DNA from: the human T2T-CHM13v2.0 reference genome, Homo sapiens
Assembly: GCF_009914755.1 (NCBI RefSeq)
Contig: NC_060929.1
Reading direction: 5' to 3' (one strand)
Length of the DNA: 64,000 bases
The position numbers and the translations under genes were made by a program. Below, one piece after another: positions 61,956-64,000 of this stretch. The notes under the pieces were generated by a model. It saw nothing but the letters and a program-made list of their open reading frames with translations. It searched no databases and was not told the origin of the DNA. The stretch's first letter is position 1; each line of letters opens with the position of its first letter.

Positions 61956-62755
61956 TGAGATGAGATGGTTCCCTTGACCCTTTTGCAGGTGGAAACTGTG
62001 CACTGGCTCTGGACCCAGCCAGCCAATTCGGCACTGGCAGGAATAAACCTCACTTACTTGTACCCGCTGGGCTCAACCCCTCCCAGGAGGGAGCACAGAC
62101 GTGAGCGGGTGCCGGGGCGGGGTGAGCGCTTTTGGGCTCCAGCCCCACAGCAGTGTCTAGGGATGTGTTACAATTAATGCTCTTTTAGCTTTGCCATCCA
62201 CGGATGGCTTACGTGTTAAGCAGCTCAGTGAAGAGTCAGTGTGACAGCCTTTTTGGGTTCCTACACCCAGTCATCCCGAATTCTTGTCCAGCAACTGGGA
62301 AGAATCAGGTTACATGAATGATTTGAAAGGTGATGAATGTGGAGGATATTATTAAGTGGTGGAAGTGACTCTCAGTGGAAGGGGAGCTGGAAAGGGAATG
62401 ATGTTGGAAGAAGGTGATCTTTCCCTGAAGCCCGAACATAGTCTCTGATGTCCAGCTGCCTCTTCTCCTCTCGATATTGAAACCCTTCTTCTTTTCTCTC
62501 CTTCTCTGCTGCACTGCTCTGCTGCTCTGCCAGTGGAGCTTGGGGTTTTTATGGGCACAGAGTAGGGGATGTGGGGGAGTTGGGGTTTTTATGGGCACAG
62601 GGTAGGGGGTGTGGCGGGTTAAAAGGCAACATTCAGGCAGGAAAACAGGGATGTGAAGTTCTCATTTAGGGCTTCGGATCCAGGCTTGAGGGTGAAACTC
62701 TTGCCAGGGACCCCGCCCTTTCTACCTGGCATTTCCCTGCCTCCTGTCCATAACA
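61956..62755 (-). mobile_element. LTR1/LTR27/LTR28-group (HUERS-type ERV1) solo LTR
   Basis: The minus strand begins TGTTATGGACAGGAGGCAGGGAAAT..CACCCTCAAGCCTGG..CCCTAAATGAGAAC. TG..CA ends and a 4-bp TSD AAAT. Confidence 0.9.
62535..62614 (+). repeat. 40-bp tandem duplication inside the LTR
   Basis: TTGGGGTTTTTATGGGCACAG(A/G)GTAGGGG(A/G)TGTGG occurs twice with period 40. Confidence 0.95.
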
Positions 62756-62856
62756 AAATGATATAAATATTAATATACTGACTTCCTCAAACTTCCACTC
62801 ATTCATTTTAGTATTCACTGATGCTTGCAGGAACTAAGTATTTGTACTGTGGTAAA

Positions 62857-63977
62857 TTTTTTTAACTTTTATTTTAGGTTCAGGGGCACATGTGCATGTT
62901 TGTTATACAGGTAAACTTGTGTCACAGTGGTTTGTTGTACATGCTATTTCATTGCCCAGGTACTAACTCTAGTACCCTATAGTTATTGTTTCTGATCCTC
63001 TCCTTTCTCCCATGCTCCACCCTCAAGTAGGCCCCAGTGTCTGTTGTTCCCTTCCTTCTGTTCATGAGTTCTCATCATTTAGCTCCCACTTGTAAGTAAG
63101 AACCTGCGATATTTGGGTCTCTATTTCTGTGTTAGTTTGCTAAGGATAATGGCCTCAAGTTCCATCCATGTTCTCACAAAATACATGATCTCATTTTTTA
63201 TGGATGCATAGTATTCCATGGTGTATATATATCACATTTTCTCTATCCAGTCTGTCACCGATGGGCATTTAGGTTGATTTCATGTCTTTGTTATTGTGAA
63301 TTGTGCTGCAATGAATATTCACATGTATGTTTCTTTATGGTAGAATGATGTATATTTATCAGGGTATATTCCCAGTAATGGAATTGCTGTGTTGAGTGGT
63401 AGTTTTATTTTCAGCTTTTTGAAGAATTACCACACTGTTTTCCACAGCTGGTGAACAAACTTACACACGCAGTAACATGTTCCCTTTTCTCCACAACCTC
63501 AACAGCATCTGTTATTTTTTGAATCTTTAATAATAGCTATTCTGACTGGTAGTGGATAGTATCTCATTGTGATTTTGATTTTCATTTCTCTAATGATAAG
63601 TTACATTGAGCTTTTCATCATATGCTTGTTGGCTACATGTATATCTTTTTATTGAATAGTGCCTGTTTATATCTTTTGCCCACTGTTTAATGGGGTTGTT
63701 TTTCTTTTTCTTATAAATTTAAGTCACTTATAGATGCTAGATATAGAATGTTTTCAGATACATAGTTTGCAAATATTTTCTCCCATTCTGTAGGTTGTCT
63801 GTTTACTCTGTTGACAGTATTTTGCTGCACAGAAGCTCTTAAATTTAATTAAATCCCATTTGTAAATTTTTGCTTTTGTTGCAAGTACTTTTTGCATCTT
63901 CATCATGAAAACTAAAAAGGAATTAAAAACTTAAATTTAAATTCCTAAACTATAAAAACCCTGGAAGACAACCTAGG
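62857..63977 (-). mobile_element. L1PA15/16 3' portion with a short 5' inversion
   Basis: TTTTAACTTTTATTTTAGGTTCAGGGG..ACAGGTAAACTTGTGTCAC antisense to ~63910, then a sense ORF2 piece at 63911-63977. Confidence 0.93.
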
Positions 63978-64000
63978 TGATTTTTAAAAAATTACTCATA

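Larger units (their letters stand above)
61340..62855 (-). mobile_element. L1MC4-like 3' UTR fragments (61340-61955 and 62756-62855) hosting an LTR
   Basis: GAATAGTACATAGAAC..CTTTACACAG..CCATTTGAGAGTAACTGGCAGACATGA..AAATATTTCTGTG. Confidence 0.75.

Overview
This is AT-rich, gene-poor primate genomic DNA, most likely human, judging by the diagnostic bases of a young L1. I found no recognisable cellular protein-coding exon, RNA gene or CpG island. The window is dominated by transposable-element fossils. These include 15 Alu/FLAM copies, many L1s from ancient L1M to a young L1HS-lineage insertion, and L2, L3 and MIR fragments. There are also solo LTRs (LTR10, MSTA, MSTB, LTR1-group, LTR16, MLT, MER57 and THE1 pieces) and DNA transposons (Tigger1, Tigger4, Charlie, Hsmar1). 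The only long ORF is the 3' half of L1 ORF2. The most notable observations are: (1) a young ACG/A-type L1 with a 36-bp twin-priming inversion, an ORF2 stop-loss and a segmented tail carrying a possible micro-transduction; (2) an LTR10 solo LTR whose AP-1 VNTR has mostly decayed; (3) a minus-strand LTR with a duplicated TATA region and a splice donor, which with two candidate non-coding exons suggests a hypothetical LTR-driven lncRNA; (4) several repair and rearrangement scars. I see no convincing evidence of a wholly new biological system. Subfamily names come from remembered consensus sequences and need confirming with RepeatMasker/Dfam.
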